DNA of 64,000 nt from a virus (lineage: Duplodnaviria; Caudoviricetes): the IMG/VR virus record IMGVR_UViG_3300008116_000002; one strand, written 5' to 3'. The translations under genes and the position numbers were made by a program. Below are positions 9,859-19,750 of the stretch, in pieces. Below the pieces are notes generated by a model. It did no database searches and was not told the DNA's origin. It worked only from the letters and a program-made list of their open reading frames with translations. How positions within the stretch are numbered: position 1 is the first letter of the stretch; the number at the start of each line of letters is the position of its first letter.

Positions 9859-10191
9859 ATGGCTTCTACAAAAAATTTAGTAATAGATAAGGGAACTACT
9901 TTTGTCGAGTATATTAATTATTTAGACAATAGTAAAAATCCTATATCTTTACAAGGTTATACCGTTGCGGGTCAAATGCGCAGATCGTTTTACACGGCAA
10001 ATGCTATAACTTTCACTGCTAACATTGTTGATGCCGCAAATGGGAATGTTCAAATTTCTTTGACGGCGTCAGAAACAGCAAATATAAAAGATGGCAGATA
10101 TGTGTATGATGTTGAGGCAACAAGCAATGCTACGGTTAAAAGAATAATAGAAGGTTTGGTAACAGTATACCCCGGAGTTACAAATGTCTAA
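9859..10191 (+). CDS. small virion structural protein (BppU-N-like Ig fold) preceding gp13
   Basis: NLVIDKGTTF...GQMRRSF...GNVQISLTASET...GRYVYDVE...RIIEGLVTVYPGVT, a pattern common upstream of neck genes in T4-like phages. Confidence 0.6.
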   Translation: MASTKNLVIDKGTTFVEYINYLDNSKNPISLQGYTVAGQMRRSFYTANAITFTANIVDAANGNVQISLTASETANIKDGRYVYDVEATSNATVKRIIEGLVTVYPGVTNV

Positions 10192-10927
10192 GGTAACCAA
10201 CAGAGAACAATTAAGAGATTACTGCCTAAGAAGATTGGGTAGCCCTGTCATTGAAATTAACATTGACGATGATCAAATTGAAGATCGTATTGATGACGCA
10301 TTCCAATTCTACAGAGAATATCATTATGATGCAGTAGAATTAGTTTATTTGAAGCATGAAATTACTACAGAAAATTTAGCCAATGGCTATATTGAAATGA
10401 GCGATGCAGTTGTCGGAGTGAATAATATTTTTCCGTTTACTAATAAAACTACAGGAAATAATTTATTCAGCCTTCAATATCAAATTTTAATTAATGATCT
10501 TTACAGCCTAATGTCTACAGATTTAATTTATTATTATCAGGTTAAAAGACATATTGAACTATTGAGTCAGCTTTTATCAGGAACTAAACCGATTAGATTC
10601 AATCGTCATATGAATAGATTATTTGTAGATATGAGCTGGGATGATAATCTAGATGTAGGAGACTATATTATAGTAGAAGCATATCGAATCTTAGATCCCG
10701 AGACATATCGAGATGTTTACGATGATCGTTTCTTGAAGATGTATACTACTGCTTTAATTAAGAGACAATGGGGGGAGAATTTGAAGAAGTTCTCCGGAGT
10801 ACAACTCCCTGCAGGAGTAACAATTAATGCAGATAAAATTTATGACGAAGCAGTCGTTGAATTAAAACAGATTGAAGATGATATGCAGTCTAGCTTCGAA
10901 TTACCTGTGAACTTTTATACAGGATAA
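10184..10927 (+). CDS. gp13: neck protein gp13
   Basis: REQLRDYCLRRLGSPVIEINIDDDQIEDRIDDA...KRQWGENLKKFSGVQLPAGVTIN. Confidence 0.9.
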   Translation: MSKVTNREQLRDYCLRRLGSPVIEINIDDDQIEDRIDDAFQFYREYHYDAVELVYLKHEITTENLANGYIEMSDAVVGVNNIFPFTNKTTGNNLFSLQYQILINDLYSLMSTDLIYYYQVKRHIELLSQLLSGTKPIRFNRHMNRLFVDMSWDDNLDVGDYIIVEAYRILDPETYRDVYDDRFLKMYTTALIKRQWGENLKKFSGVQLPAGVTINADKIYDEAVVELKQIEDDMQSSFELPVNFYTG

Positions 10928-10949
10928 TTATTAACAGGGTACATAGCAG

Positions 10950-10978
10950 AGTCTAATACCTGGTCAATAGAAAGTCAA
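10950..10978 (-). promoter_or_regulatory. sigma70-type promoter on the minus strand (antisense to gp13)
   Basis: Reverse complement reads TTGACT (10978-10973) - 17 nt - TAGACT (10955-10950), inside the 58-nt gp13/gp14 intergenic gap. Confidence 0.55.
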
Positions 10979-10985
10979 TACTTTT

Positions 10986-11729
10986 ATGCCTACAGTTAAC
11001 CAATATTTTCAATCGGGAAGAAGTATTGGGGTTGCCTCTGAGCAAAACCTTTATGAGGATTTGATTATAGAATCCATGAAGATTTATGGGTTCGAGGTTT
11101 ACTATCTACCTAGAAAACCTGCAGGGTATGATGATATTCTAACTGAGAATACTGGAAATTATTATGAAAACGCATATCCCATTGAAATGTATATGGAAAA
11201 TGTACAGGGGTTTCAGGGCGAGGGCGAACTGCTAACTAAGTTTGGTTTGGAAATTAGAGATTCGGCAAATTTTGTAGTTGCAAGAAAACGATGGTCGGAA
11301 ACGATAGGTAGTACGGGCAACTCTATACTACCAGAAAGACCCGCTGAAGGAGATTTAATTTATTTTCCTTTAACCAAAGGTATTTTTGAGATACGAAAGG
11401 TTGATGGGCATGAACCTTTTTATCAGATAGGCAAGTTATACACATTCAAGTTATATTGCGAATTGATGCAGTTCTCCAATGAAAGATTTAATACAGGAGT
11501 TGCTGAGATAGATGAAATTGCTGCAGGATTTGATCTTGGTGTTGATAATTTTGAGTTGGTACAAGAAAATGACGAAAGTATATTGCTTGAAACTAATGAG
11601 TTAACACCTATGATACAAGAAGGATATACTTCAGATAAACCGTTTGTTCTTGCAGATAATGAAAAATTCGAAAAAGAAAAAGATTCGGTTTTAGATTTTA
11701 CTGAAAAAAATCCGTTTGGAGATATTTAA
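10986..11729 (+). CDS. gp14: neck protein gp14
   Basis: EQNLYEDLIIESMKIYGFEVYYLPR...YPIEMY...GEGELLTKFGLEIRD...PAEGDLIYFP. Confidence 0.9.
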   Translation: MPTVNQYFQSGRSIGVASEQNLYEDLIIESMKIYGFEVYYLPRKPAGYDDILTENTGNYYENAYPIEMYMENVQGFQGEGELLTKFGLEIRDSANFVVARKRWSETIGSTGNSILPERPAEGDLIYFPLTKGIFEIRKVDGHEPFYQIGKLYTFKLYCELMQFSNERFNTGVAEIDEIAAGFDLGVDNFELVQENDESILLETNELTPMIQEGYTSDKPFVLADNEKFEKEKDSVLDFTEKNPFGDI

Positions 11730-12475
11730 TGTTAGATCAAAGATACTATTGGGGAACAGTTAGAAAGGCAATCGTTGCGTTTGGTAATATGTTTAATAAT
11801 ATTACCATCGAAAAGAAGGGGCCTAATAATACAACTATTGTTCAAAGAGTACCCTTATCGTATTCTCCTAAACAAAAGTTTTTAGCAAGAATAAATCAAC
11901 AACCAAATGTTGATAAAGCTAGCATGCAGGTAATTTTGCCTCGCATGGGGTTTGAAATGGTTGCAATGGATTATGATCCTAACAGAAAAATTAGTCCCCT
12001 GCAACAAACTAGATCTCTAAGTGGTTCTACAACTGCAAGTACTCAGTATGCACCTACTCCTTATAATCTTACAGTTTTACTTTACATCTATGCAAGAAAT
12101 CAGGACGATGGTCTGCAAATAATAGAACAAATTTTACCGTATTTTAATCCTGATTATAATTTAACGTTAAAGGCAATACCCGAATTAAATATTCAGAATG
12201 ATCTACCTATACTTTTAAATACTATAGGATTTGAGGATGATTATGAGGGAGATTTTACTACAAGAAGATCTGTAACTTGGACGTTGGGATTTACTGTAAA
12301 ATTAAACTTCTATGGCCCTATTACCAAAACAGGAATCATCAAGAAAGTTATTGCAAATACTTTTGATAATAAGGATTTAACTAATCAAAGACAAAAAATT
12401 ACTGTACAAACTAATCCTAATACTGCAAATGTATCTGATGATTATAGTTATTTAGAAGTGTTTGAAGATTTTTAA
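11729..12475 (+). CDS. gp15: tail sheath stabiliser / tail terminator gp15
   Basis: VRKAIVAFGNMFNNI...VPLSYSPKQKFLAR...LPRMGFEM...QIIEQILPYFNP. Confidence 0.9.
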   Translation: MLDQRYYWGTVRKAIVAFGNMFNNITIEKKGPNNTTIVQRVPLSYSPKQKFLARINQQPNVDKASMQVILPRMGFEMVAMDYDPNRKISPLQQTRSLSGSTTASTQYAPTPYNLTVLLYIYARNQDDGLQIIEQILPYFNPDYNLTLKAIPELNIQNDLPILLNTIGFEDDYEGDFTTRRSVTWTLGFTVKLNFYGPITKTGIIKKVIANTFDNKDLTNQRQKITVQTNPNTANVSDDYSYLEVFEDF

Positions 12476-12477
12476 AA

Positions 12478-12903
12478 ATGAAAAACTTAAAAAAATTAGA
12501 TTCGTTATTTGACCTTGATCCGATGCCAGAATCATCTTCAGAATTAATTGTTCCTGAAAAAATGAATAGTAATAAATCATTGGATCAGGAGGATGACTAT
12601 CAACTAGCAAGACAAACTCTGAGAAAATTAATTCTAAAGGGGGATGATACTTTAGATAATTTAATAGAGTTATCTAAAAATTCTGAGACTCCGAGGCATT
12701 ACGAAGTTGCTGGACAGTTTATCAAAACATTATCTGATGTGTCTAAAGACTTACTTGCACTCCAAAAACAAGTTAAGGATTTAGAAGTACAAGATTCTCC
12801 TAACCATATTAATACTCAGAATAACGTAGTATTTGCGGGGTCAACTAATGATCTTATGAAACTGCTAGGCAAAAAAGATAATGGCAAGTCAATCGACCAA
12901 TAA
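12478..12903 (+). CDS. gp16: terminase small subunit gp16
   Basis: DDYQLARQTL...ETPRHYEV...NNVVFAGSTNDL; position before gp17. Confidence 0.88.
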   Translation: MKNLKKLDSLFDLDPMPESSSELIVPEKMNSNKSLDQEDDYQLARQTLRKLILKGDDTLDNLIELSKNSETPRHYEVAGQFIKTLSDVSKDLLALQKQVKDLEVQDSPNHINTQNNVVFAGSTNDLMKLLGKKDNGKSIDQ

Positions 12904-14557
12904 AAAGATTTCATACAACGGTAATCCAAATCTAAAACAAATTGGAACCGTAATATCCTATACCTCTGAGCAGGTTGCGGAATTAATGAAATGTATTTCG
13001 GATCCAATTTATTTTATAGAAACATATTGCCAAATTGTTTCTTTAGATAAGGGTTTAATCCCTTTTAAACTTTATGATTGCCAAAAACGAAAAGTAGATT
13101 TAATATTAAACAATCGTAGAGTTATATTAATGGAAGGTAGACAGCAGGGCAAAACAATTACGTCTGCTGCTTGTATACTTTGGTATACTTTATTCCAACC
13201 GAATAAAACGGTTGCTATTCTAGCCAACAAGTCTGCCGCTGCTCGAGAAGTTCTTTATCGTTATGAGATGATGTATGAACTTCTTCCTATGTGGATGCAA
13301 CAAGGTGTTAAGACATTTAACAAAGGTGATATTGAATTAGAAAATGGTTCAAGAATATTTACTGCGGCAACAAGTTCTTCGGGTATTCGAGGTAAATCTG
13401 TAAACTGGTTGTATATTGATGAAGCTGCAATTATTCCGAATAACGTAGCAGAGGACTTCTTCACTTCGGTTTATCCTGTAGTATCTGCGGGTGAAACTAC
13501 AAAAATTCTTCTAACATCTACTCCATTGGGATATAATCACTTCTGGAAATTCTGGAATGAAGCAGAGCAAGGGCTTAATGGATTCGTTCCAATGTTTATT
13601 CATTACAGCGAAATACCTGGCAGAGATGAAAAGTGGGCAGAAGAACAAAGATCTATTCTAGGTGAACTGAAATTTAATCAGGAAGTTCTATGTAAGTTCC
13701 TTGGATCATCTAACACACTTATCAATCCTGATACGATTGGTAGAATGTCACATAAACAACCTATTCACACCTATGAGGGTTTGTCTGTTTATGAGGAACC
13801 TGAGGAAGAACATATCTACATGCTAGTTGCAGATACTTCTAGAGGAGTCGGTGGAGATTATTGTGCATTCTCAGTAATGGATATCACTAAGTATCCATAT
13901 CGTGTAGTTGCAAAGTATAGAAATAATAGAATCAGTCCCTTATTATATCCGAATATAATTCATAAGGTTGCTAAGGATTTTAACAAAGCATATTGTTTAA
14001 TAGAAATAAACGACAACGGTCAGCAAGTCGCAGATTCTCTATATACCGATCTAGAATATGAAAATGTATTCTTTGTCGGAAGCAATTCAAAATCTGGGCA
14101 GTTTTTGTCCGGAGGGTTCTCACCTGGCGCTACACTTGGTGTAAGAACGACCAAACTGGTTAAGCGTTTAGGATGTACTGCCTTTAAGAGTCTCGTTGAA
14201 AATAATAAATTACTAATCCATGATGCAGATATAATTAGTGAGATATCTACGTTCATAGAAGTTCGTGGACTCTATAAAGCGGATGAGGGATATCACGATG
14301 ATCTGGTGATGACTCTGGTGCTATTTGCCTGGGCCACAAATGAGGCATTCTTTAAGGACTTGACGGATACTAATTTAAGAAAAATACTATATGAGGAACA
14401 GTTTAAACAAATTGAGGAGAATCTTACTCCATTTGGGGAACTAGATGAGGGTCCTACGGAGAGGACAACCGTAGAAATTGAAGCTGGGGATATGTGGTTC
14501 AAAGACGGTAGAGAAGATATGAATAAAACTATACTAAATTGGCTGGAAAAAGTCTAA
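12881..14557 (+). CDS. gp17: terminase large subunit gp17
   Basis: YNGNPNLK; Walker A region GRQQGKT; Walker B YIDEAA; nuclease motifs ADTSRG and HDDLVM. Confidence 0.97.
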   Translation: MASQSTNKKISYNGNPNLKQIGTVISYTSEQVAELMKCISDPIYFIETYCQIVSLDKGLIPFKLYDCQKRKVDLILNNRRVILMEGRQQGKTITSAACILWYTLFQPNKTVAILANKSAAAREVLYRYEMMYELLPMWMQQGVKTFNKGDIELENGSRIFTAATSSSGIRGKSVNWLYIDEAAIIPNNVAEDFFTSVYPVVSAGETTKILLTSTPLGYNHFWKFWNEAEQGLNGFVPMFIHYSEIPGRDEKWAEEQRSILGELKFNQEVLCKFLGSSNTLINPDTIGRMSHKQPIHTYEGLSVYEEPEEEHIYMLVADTSRGVGGDYCAFSVMDITKYPYRVVAKYRNNRISPLLYPNIIHKVAKDFNKAYCLIEINDNGQQVADSLYTDLEYENVFFVGSNSKSGQFLSGGFSPGATLGVRTTKLVKRLGCTAFKSLVENNKLLIHDADIISEISTFIEVRGLYKADEGYHDDLVMTLVLFAWATNEAFFKDLTDTNLRKILYEEQFKQIEENLTPFGELDEGPTERTTVEIEAGDMWFKDGREDMNKTILNWLEKV

Positions 14558-14568
14558 AAGCTGATAAT

Positions 14569-14576
14569 TATAAATA
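14569..14576 (+). promoter_or_regulatory. T4-type late promoter (TATAAATA) for gp18
   Basis: Exact TATAAATA in the gp17/gp18 intergenic gap; gp55 is encoded in the window. Confidence 0.85.
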
Positions 14577-14630
14577 AATAGAAATTCAAAATTATAGAGA
14601 TATATCTATAAAATTATCAAGGAGAAGAAG

Positions 14631-17285
14631 ATGGCATTTCAGCTTTCACCTGGCGTTTTAGTTACCGAAGAGGATAGAAGCACGGTAGTTCCTTCGGTCG
14701 CAACTACTGCTGGAGCATTTTCGGGAGCCTTTGTATGGGGGCCTGTTGGGGAAGTAACTACCGTAGATTCTGAGGGTAAGTTAGTAGAGATTTTTGGTAA
14801 ACCGAATGATACAACTGCGGGATATTTTTTCACTGCAGCAAACTTTTTGTCGTATGGAAATAATTTGCAAGTTGTACGCAATGTTAATAGGGCATCTGCA
14901 AGAAATGCAGTTTCGGAACCAAATGGTTCTGTAGGACCCGTAACTATAACATCCGCACCATATATTTTTACTAGTGCGGGCACAGTAACAGTAACATTTG
15001 AAGCTTCACCTACAGGAAATACTGCAACAGGAAATGTAACACTTACAGCGGAAGGACGACTTCTTTCAGTTGACATTTCGGAGCCAGGGTTTGGATATAG
15101 TACTCCTCCTACCGTATCTTTAACAGGGTTGAGTCCATCAGCGACAACTGCAGTTCTAGGTGGCGGAAGAGTTGAGGAGATTAATGTAGTAAATTCTGGT
15201 AACAACTATACTACACTATCTAATATCGTAATACAGAATCAAGATTCTACTTTTGCAAGTGCAAACTTAGATGTGCATTTTAAATTAAGAGACATTCAAA
15301 TTAGTAACGGTGGAACTAATTACGGCCCTGCTGAGACAGGGTGTAACGTAGTTATCAGCGGAGGCATTTTAGTTCCAGGTGGAGCTCATGCAACAGCAAC
15401 ACCGATCGTCACAGGAAATGTAATTACTGGTTTTACTATTACCAGCAGCGGCAATGGTTATATTAGTGCACCCAATGTCATCATCAATCGTTTAGATGGC
15501 AACACCGGAACAGAAGCAGTCCTTACTGCTAATTTAGGATATGGTATTATCAACAAAATTACTGTTCTAAACAAAGGTGCGGGCGGATATAATTTTACAC
15601 CTAACGTCACTATCAATAGAAATAACAGTTTAGGTGGAACTGTTGCAACTGCTAATGTGAGAATTGCAGCGCCAATTAATACCATTACCGTTAATGGTAA
15701 TGTTACTATTAACTATGTTCCAAATGTAACAATTATTCCTGCAGCTGGAGATTTGCAATATATTACAAGTAATGCTGCAGCGATTGCCTCTCTTGGGTAT
15801 AGTATAGCAAGTGTTAACGTAATAAACCCTGGTTCGGGCTATGATGATGCCCCAACTGTCTCAATCACAAGCCCTTCCGGAAACGCAAGCGCGACCGCAA
15901 GTGTAGTATTTGATGTACCATTAATTGAAAACTTCGATGATTGGTTATCCAATCATAGTACTGGTGGATTTAGTTACGGTACATTTGCTGCTAAATACCC
16001 AGGTACTTTAGGCAACGGAATTAGAGTTTCTATGGCGGATGTTGCCACATATGATGGCTGGACATTCGCAGGTCAATTCAATTCTGCTCCTCGAACATCT
16101 GCTAGCGTATCTGCAAAAGGTGGAACGGATGACGAATTACATGTGATAGTTATTGACGCATTTGGTACATGGACAGGTTCTCCGGGGGCAGTGCTTGAGA
16201 AATTCTCATTTTTATCTAAAGCTCAGGATGCGAAAAATTCGGACCAATCTACAAACTATTACAAGGATGTGATATCCAATCAATCTAAGTATATTTGGGT
16301 AATAGACCACCCATCTGATACGACGAATTGGGGTTCCAGTGGTGCAGTTAATTATGACACTCTTACTTCGGTTTCTAATAGGCTGTTATCTGGCGGGGTA
16401 TCTTCAGATGGCATATCTACCGCAAATGTTTTAGATGGATATAGTCTGTTCGCTAATGATGAATTATATGATGTTTCGTTGATTCCTATGGGACCAACAA
16501 CAATTGCTGCTGCAGTTAATCAGGTAATTAACATTGCTGAAACTAGAAGAGATTGTGTAGTATTCTCGTCTCCTCCATATACAGATGTTGTTAATACTAC
16601 AGGTCAAGCTACAAAAATTACCACATACAGAGATACTTTAACAAGTTCCTCATTTGCTGTTCTTGATTCGGGATGGAAGTATCAGTACGATAGATATAAT
16701 GACAAGTACAGATATGTTCCTCTGAATGGAGATGTTGCTGGTCTTTCCGCAAGAACAGACTATATTGCGGATCCTTGGTTCTCTCCTGCGGGATATAATC
16801 GCGGTGTAATTAAGAACGTAGTTAAATTGGCTTGGTCTCCATCAAAGAATGATAGAGATACTCTTTACAAGAAGGGTGTAAATCCTGTAGTAACATTCCC
16901 AGGACAAGGCACATTGTTATTTGGTGATAAGACTCTTCTAGCAAGACCAAGTGCTTTTGATAGAATCAACGTTCGCAGATTGTTTATTGTATTAGAGAAA
17001 GCAATTGCTACTGCATCGAAGTTCCAATTGTTCGAGTTTAATGATAGTTTCTCGCAGGCACAGTTTAGAAATCTAGTTGAGCCATTCTTAAGAGACGTAC
17101 AGGGACGTCGAGGTATTACAGATTTCCGTGTAGTATGTGATGATACAAATAACACACCTGCAGTAATTGATCGCAATGAATTTGTTGCAGACATTTTCAT
17201 TAAGCCTGCAAGAGCAATCAACTTTATCCAGTTGAATTTTATTGCTACAAGATCTGGTGTGTCTTTCGAAGAAGTAGGCGCTTAA
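14631..17285 (+). CDS. gp18: tail sheath protein gp18 with a ~330 aa internal repeat insertion
   Basis: MAFQLSPGV...FVWGP...YFFTAANFLSYGNNL; C-terminal WFSPAGYNRG, FDRINVRRLF, IKPARAINFIQLNF; 884 aa versus about 660 aa for T4 gp18. Confidence 0.97.
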   Translation: MAFQLSPGVLVTEEDRSTVVPSVATTAGAFSGAFVWGPVGEVTTVDSEGKLVEIFGKPNDTTAGYFFTAANFLSYGNNLQVVRNVNRASARNAVSEPNGSVGPVTITSAPYIFTSAGTVTVTFEASPTGNTATGNVTLTAEGRLLSVDISEPGFGYSTPPTVSLTGLSPSATTAVLGGGRVEEINVVNSGNNYTTLSNIVIQNQDSTFASANLDVHFKLRDIQISNGGTNYGPAETGCNVVISGGILVPGGAHATATPIVTGNVITGFTITSSGNGYISAPNVIINRLDGNTGTEAVLTANLGYGIINKITVLNKGAGGYNFTPNVTINRNNSLGGTVATANVRIAAPINTITVNGNVTINYVPNVTIIPAAGDLQYITSNAAAIASLGYSIASVNVINPGSGYDDAPTVSITSPSGNASATASVVFDVPLIENFDDWLSNHSTGGFSYGTFAAKYPGTLGNGIRVSMADVATYDGWTFAGQFNSAPRTSASVSAKGGTDDELHVIVIDAFGTWTGSPGAVLEKFSFLSKAQDAKNSDQSTNYYKDVISNQSKYIWVIDHPSDTTNWGSSGAVNYDTLTSVSNRLLSGGVSSDGISTANVLDGYSLFANDELYDVSLIPMGPTTIAAAVNQVINIAETRRDCVVFSSPPYTDVVNTTGQATKITTYRDTLTSSSFAVLDSGWKYQYDRYNDKYRYVPLNGDVAGLSARTDYIADPWFSPAGYNRGVIKNVVKLAWSPSKNDRDTLYKKGVNPVVTFPGQGTLLFGDKTLLARPSAFDRINVRRLFIVLEKAIATASKFQLFEFNDSFSQAQFRNLVEPFLRDVQGRRGITDFRVVCDDTNNTPAVIDRNEFVADIFIKPARAINFIQLNFIATRSGVSFEEVGA

Positions 17286-17300
17286 TAGGAGTATAAAGAA

Positions 17301-17888
17301 ATGGCAATCCCATTTAATGTAGATAGATTTAAAGCTGAACTAACGAACGGCGGAGCGAGGCCAAACCAATTCGCCGTTCAATTGACGTTCCCAAACTATG
17401 TTGTGGCAAGAGCAGCCGCTGTAAATAAAGCTCCGTTTTTAGTTACTGCTTCAGAATTACCTGGTCAATCGATTGGTGTGACTCCTGTTTATTACAGAGG
17501 TCGCCTAATTAAAATGGCAGGTGATAGAGAGTTTGCTCCATTCAGTTGCACAGTTCTAAACGATTCTAGCTTTACTATTAGAACAGCATTAGAACAATGG
17601 ATGAATGGTATTGAGAATTTAAGAAACAAAACTGGCGCATTACAGCCATCTCAATATCAGACAGATATGTTTATTTCTCAATTAGACAGAAATGGTGCAG
17701 TTCTGAAACAATATAAATTATACGGTGTATTCCCAACAGATATTGGTGCAGTACCATTAGACTTTGGTACTAATGATCAGATATCTTCTTTTGGTGTAAC
17801 GTTCCAATATCAGACTTTTGAGGCAACTAATACACCAGCAAGTCAATTGATAAACGCTATTACATCTTTAGGCGGAGTAGCGGTTTAA
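17301..17888 (+). CDS. gp19: tail tube protein gp19
   Basis: GGARPNQFAV...YRGRLIKMAGDREF...QLDRNG...FPTDIGAVPLD. Confidence 0.92.
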   Translation: MAIPFNVDRFKAELTNGGARPNQFAVQLTFPNYVVARAAAVNKAPFLVTASELPGQSIGVTPVYYRGRLIKMAGDREFAPFSCTVLNDSSFTIRTALEQWMNGIENLRNKTGALQPSQYQTDMFISQLDRNGAVLKQYKLYGVFPTDIGAVPLDFGTNDQISSFGVTFQYQTFEATNTPASQLINAITSLGGVAV

Positions 17889-17908
17889 TATTATAAAGTG
17901 ATTAAATA

Positions 17909-19441
17909 ATGGCCATTAAACTATTTGGTTTTACTATTGCTCGTGAAGACGAGGATATTGATAAAAAGAATCAGGCGTTTGCCACGCCTGTTCCTGACGA
18001 CGGTGCCACTACTATTCAAACCAGCGGATTTAATGCTGGAGGATATTTTGGTACCTATGTTGACATGGATGCCACTGCTAAATCTGAGGCAGAATTAATT
18101 ACCAGATATAGAGAGGCATCCGCATATTCTGATTGTTCCGCAGCAGTAGATGAAATTGTCACTGAGGCAATTGCCGCGGTGGATGACGAACAACCGGTGC
18201 AAATTAATCTTGACAATGTAGATGTTGCTGATGATATTAAAGAAACTATAGAAAATGAATTTGAGAAAATTCTGCAGCTCCTAGAATTTAATAATAAGGG
18301 CCATGACATTTTTAGAAGATGGTATATTGACGGAAGAATATATTATCAAAAAGTAATTGATATGAAAAACCCTAAGCGTGGGGTTATGGAACTAATTCAA
18401 TTAGATCCTAGAAAAATAAGAAAAATTAAAGAAGTAAAAAGAGAAAAAGATAAAGAAACTAATATAGATAAGATTAAATCTATAGAAGAATATTTTATCT
18501 ATAATGATAAAGGGATTAATTACAATCCTAATTTTTCTTATTCTTCAACAGTAAACCAAGGATTAAGAATTTCCACAGACTCGATAGCATATGCGCCATC
18601 TGGGTTAATGGATTTAGAAAAGAATGTAGTTGTTGGGCATTTGCATAAAGCAATTAAGCCTGTAAATCAATTAAAGATGATGGAAGATGCGGTAGTCATT
18701 TATAGATTGGCTAGAGCACCCGAAAGAAGAATATTTTATATTGATGTTGGTAATTTACCAAAGATTAAAGCCGAGCAGTATCTAAAAGATATTATGGCTC
18801 GCTATAGAAACAAGGTTGTTTACGACTCTAACACAGGTGAGATTAGAGACGATAGAAAATTTATGTCGATGCTTGAGGATTTTTGGTTACCGCGCAGAGA
18901 AGGTGGTAAAGGAACAGAAATTAGTACTTTGCCTGGTGGAGAAAGCTTAGGTCAAATTGATGATGTAAATTATTTTCAAAATAAATTATACCAGGCATTA
19001 AACGTTCCTGTTTCAAGAATGCAACCTCAGCAAGGCATTTCTTTTGGTAGAGCAACTGAGATAACAAGAGACGAATTAAAATTTGCCAAGTTTGTGTCAA
19101 GACTTCGCAAAAAGTTTAACGTAATATTTGACGACATTCTAAAAACTCAATTAGTTTTGAAGGGTGTTATAAATGAAAAAGACTGGGCAATTATTGGAGA
19201 AAAGATTCAATATAAGTATGCCCAGGATCAGTATTTTGAGGAAATGAAGGCTGCGGAAAATTATAGAAATCAAATCGATTTATTAAATTTAGCGCAACCA
19301 TACGTAGGAATATATTTTAGTCAAAGATTTATTATGAAAAATGTTTTAAGAATGTCTGATAAAGATATTCAAACTATGAAGTCGGAGATAGAAAATGAAC
19401 CACCTCCGCCTCAAATAAATACTGAGCAAACCGGACAATAA
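17909..19441 (+). CDS. gp20: portal protein gp20
   Basis: FRRWYIDGR, HKAIKPVNQLKMMEDAVVIYRLARAPERRIFYIDVGNLPK, EDFWLPRREGGKGTEI. Confidence 0.97.
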   Translation: MAIKLFGFTIAREDEDIDKKNQAFATPVPDDGATTIQTSGFNAGGYFGTYVDMDATAKSEAELITRYREASAYSDCSAAVDEIVTEAIAAVDDEQPVQINLDNVDVADDIKETIENEFEKILQLLEFNNKGHDIFRRWYIDGRIYYQKVIDMKNPKRGVMELIQLDPRKIRKIKEVKREKDKETNIDKIKSIEEYFIYNDKGINYNPNFSYSSTVNQGLRISTDSIAYAPSGLMDLEKNVVVGHLHKAIKPVNQLKMMEDAVVIYRLARAPERRIFYIDVGNLPKIKAEQYLKDIMARYRNKVVYDSNTGEIRDDRKFMSMLEDFWLPRREGGKGTEISTLPGGESLGQIDDVNYFQNKLYQALNVPVSRMQPQQGISFGRATEITRDELKFAKFVSRLRKKFNVIFDDILKTQLVLKGVINEKDWAIIGEKIQYKYAQDQYFEEMKAAENYRNQIDLLNLAQPYVGIYFSQRFIMKNVLRMSDKDIQTMKSEIENEPPPPQINTEQTGQ

Positions 19442-19450
19442 GGAGTTATA

Positions 19451-19750
19451 GTGGATAATCCAATTAGAAACATGGTAGATAATATTCTAGCAAACAAAGA
19501 AGCAGAAGCCTTGGGTAATTTTGAAGCTGCGATTGCGGATAAAATGAATGACGCCTTAGAAATTAGAAAGCAGGAAGTTGCTTCAAGCCTAGGTGAATCG
19601 AATCTAACAGACAAGATTAATAAGGTTGCAGAATTTATAGGTGACCTTGTTACAGGTGAGGCCGGTAGAAAAGCCGCAGAAAAAATGAACCAAAAGAAAG
19701 ATGATAAGCAGCCTGCACAACCAACTCAACAACCTGCAAAAAGCCAATGA
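19451..19750 (+). CDS. gp67: prohead core protein, gp67-like
   Basis: Position after gp20; FEAAIADKMNDALEIRKQEVA pattern; GTG start with an AGGAG Shine-Dalgarno. Confidence 0.65.
   Translation: MDNPIRNMVDNILANKEAEALGNFEAAIADKMNDALEIRKQEVASSLGESNLTDKINKVAEFIGDLVTGEAGRKAAEKMNQKKDDKQPAQPTQQPAKSQ

Noticed and set aside
14592-14611. AT-rich palindrome TTATAGA-GATATA-TCTATAA in the gp18 leader
   Set aside because: Weak all-AT stem, easily arising by chance in this composition; no supporting context
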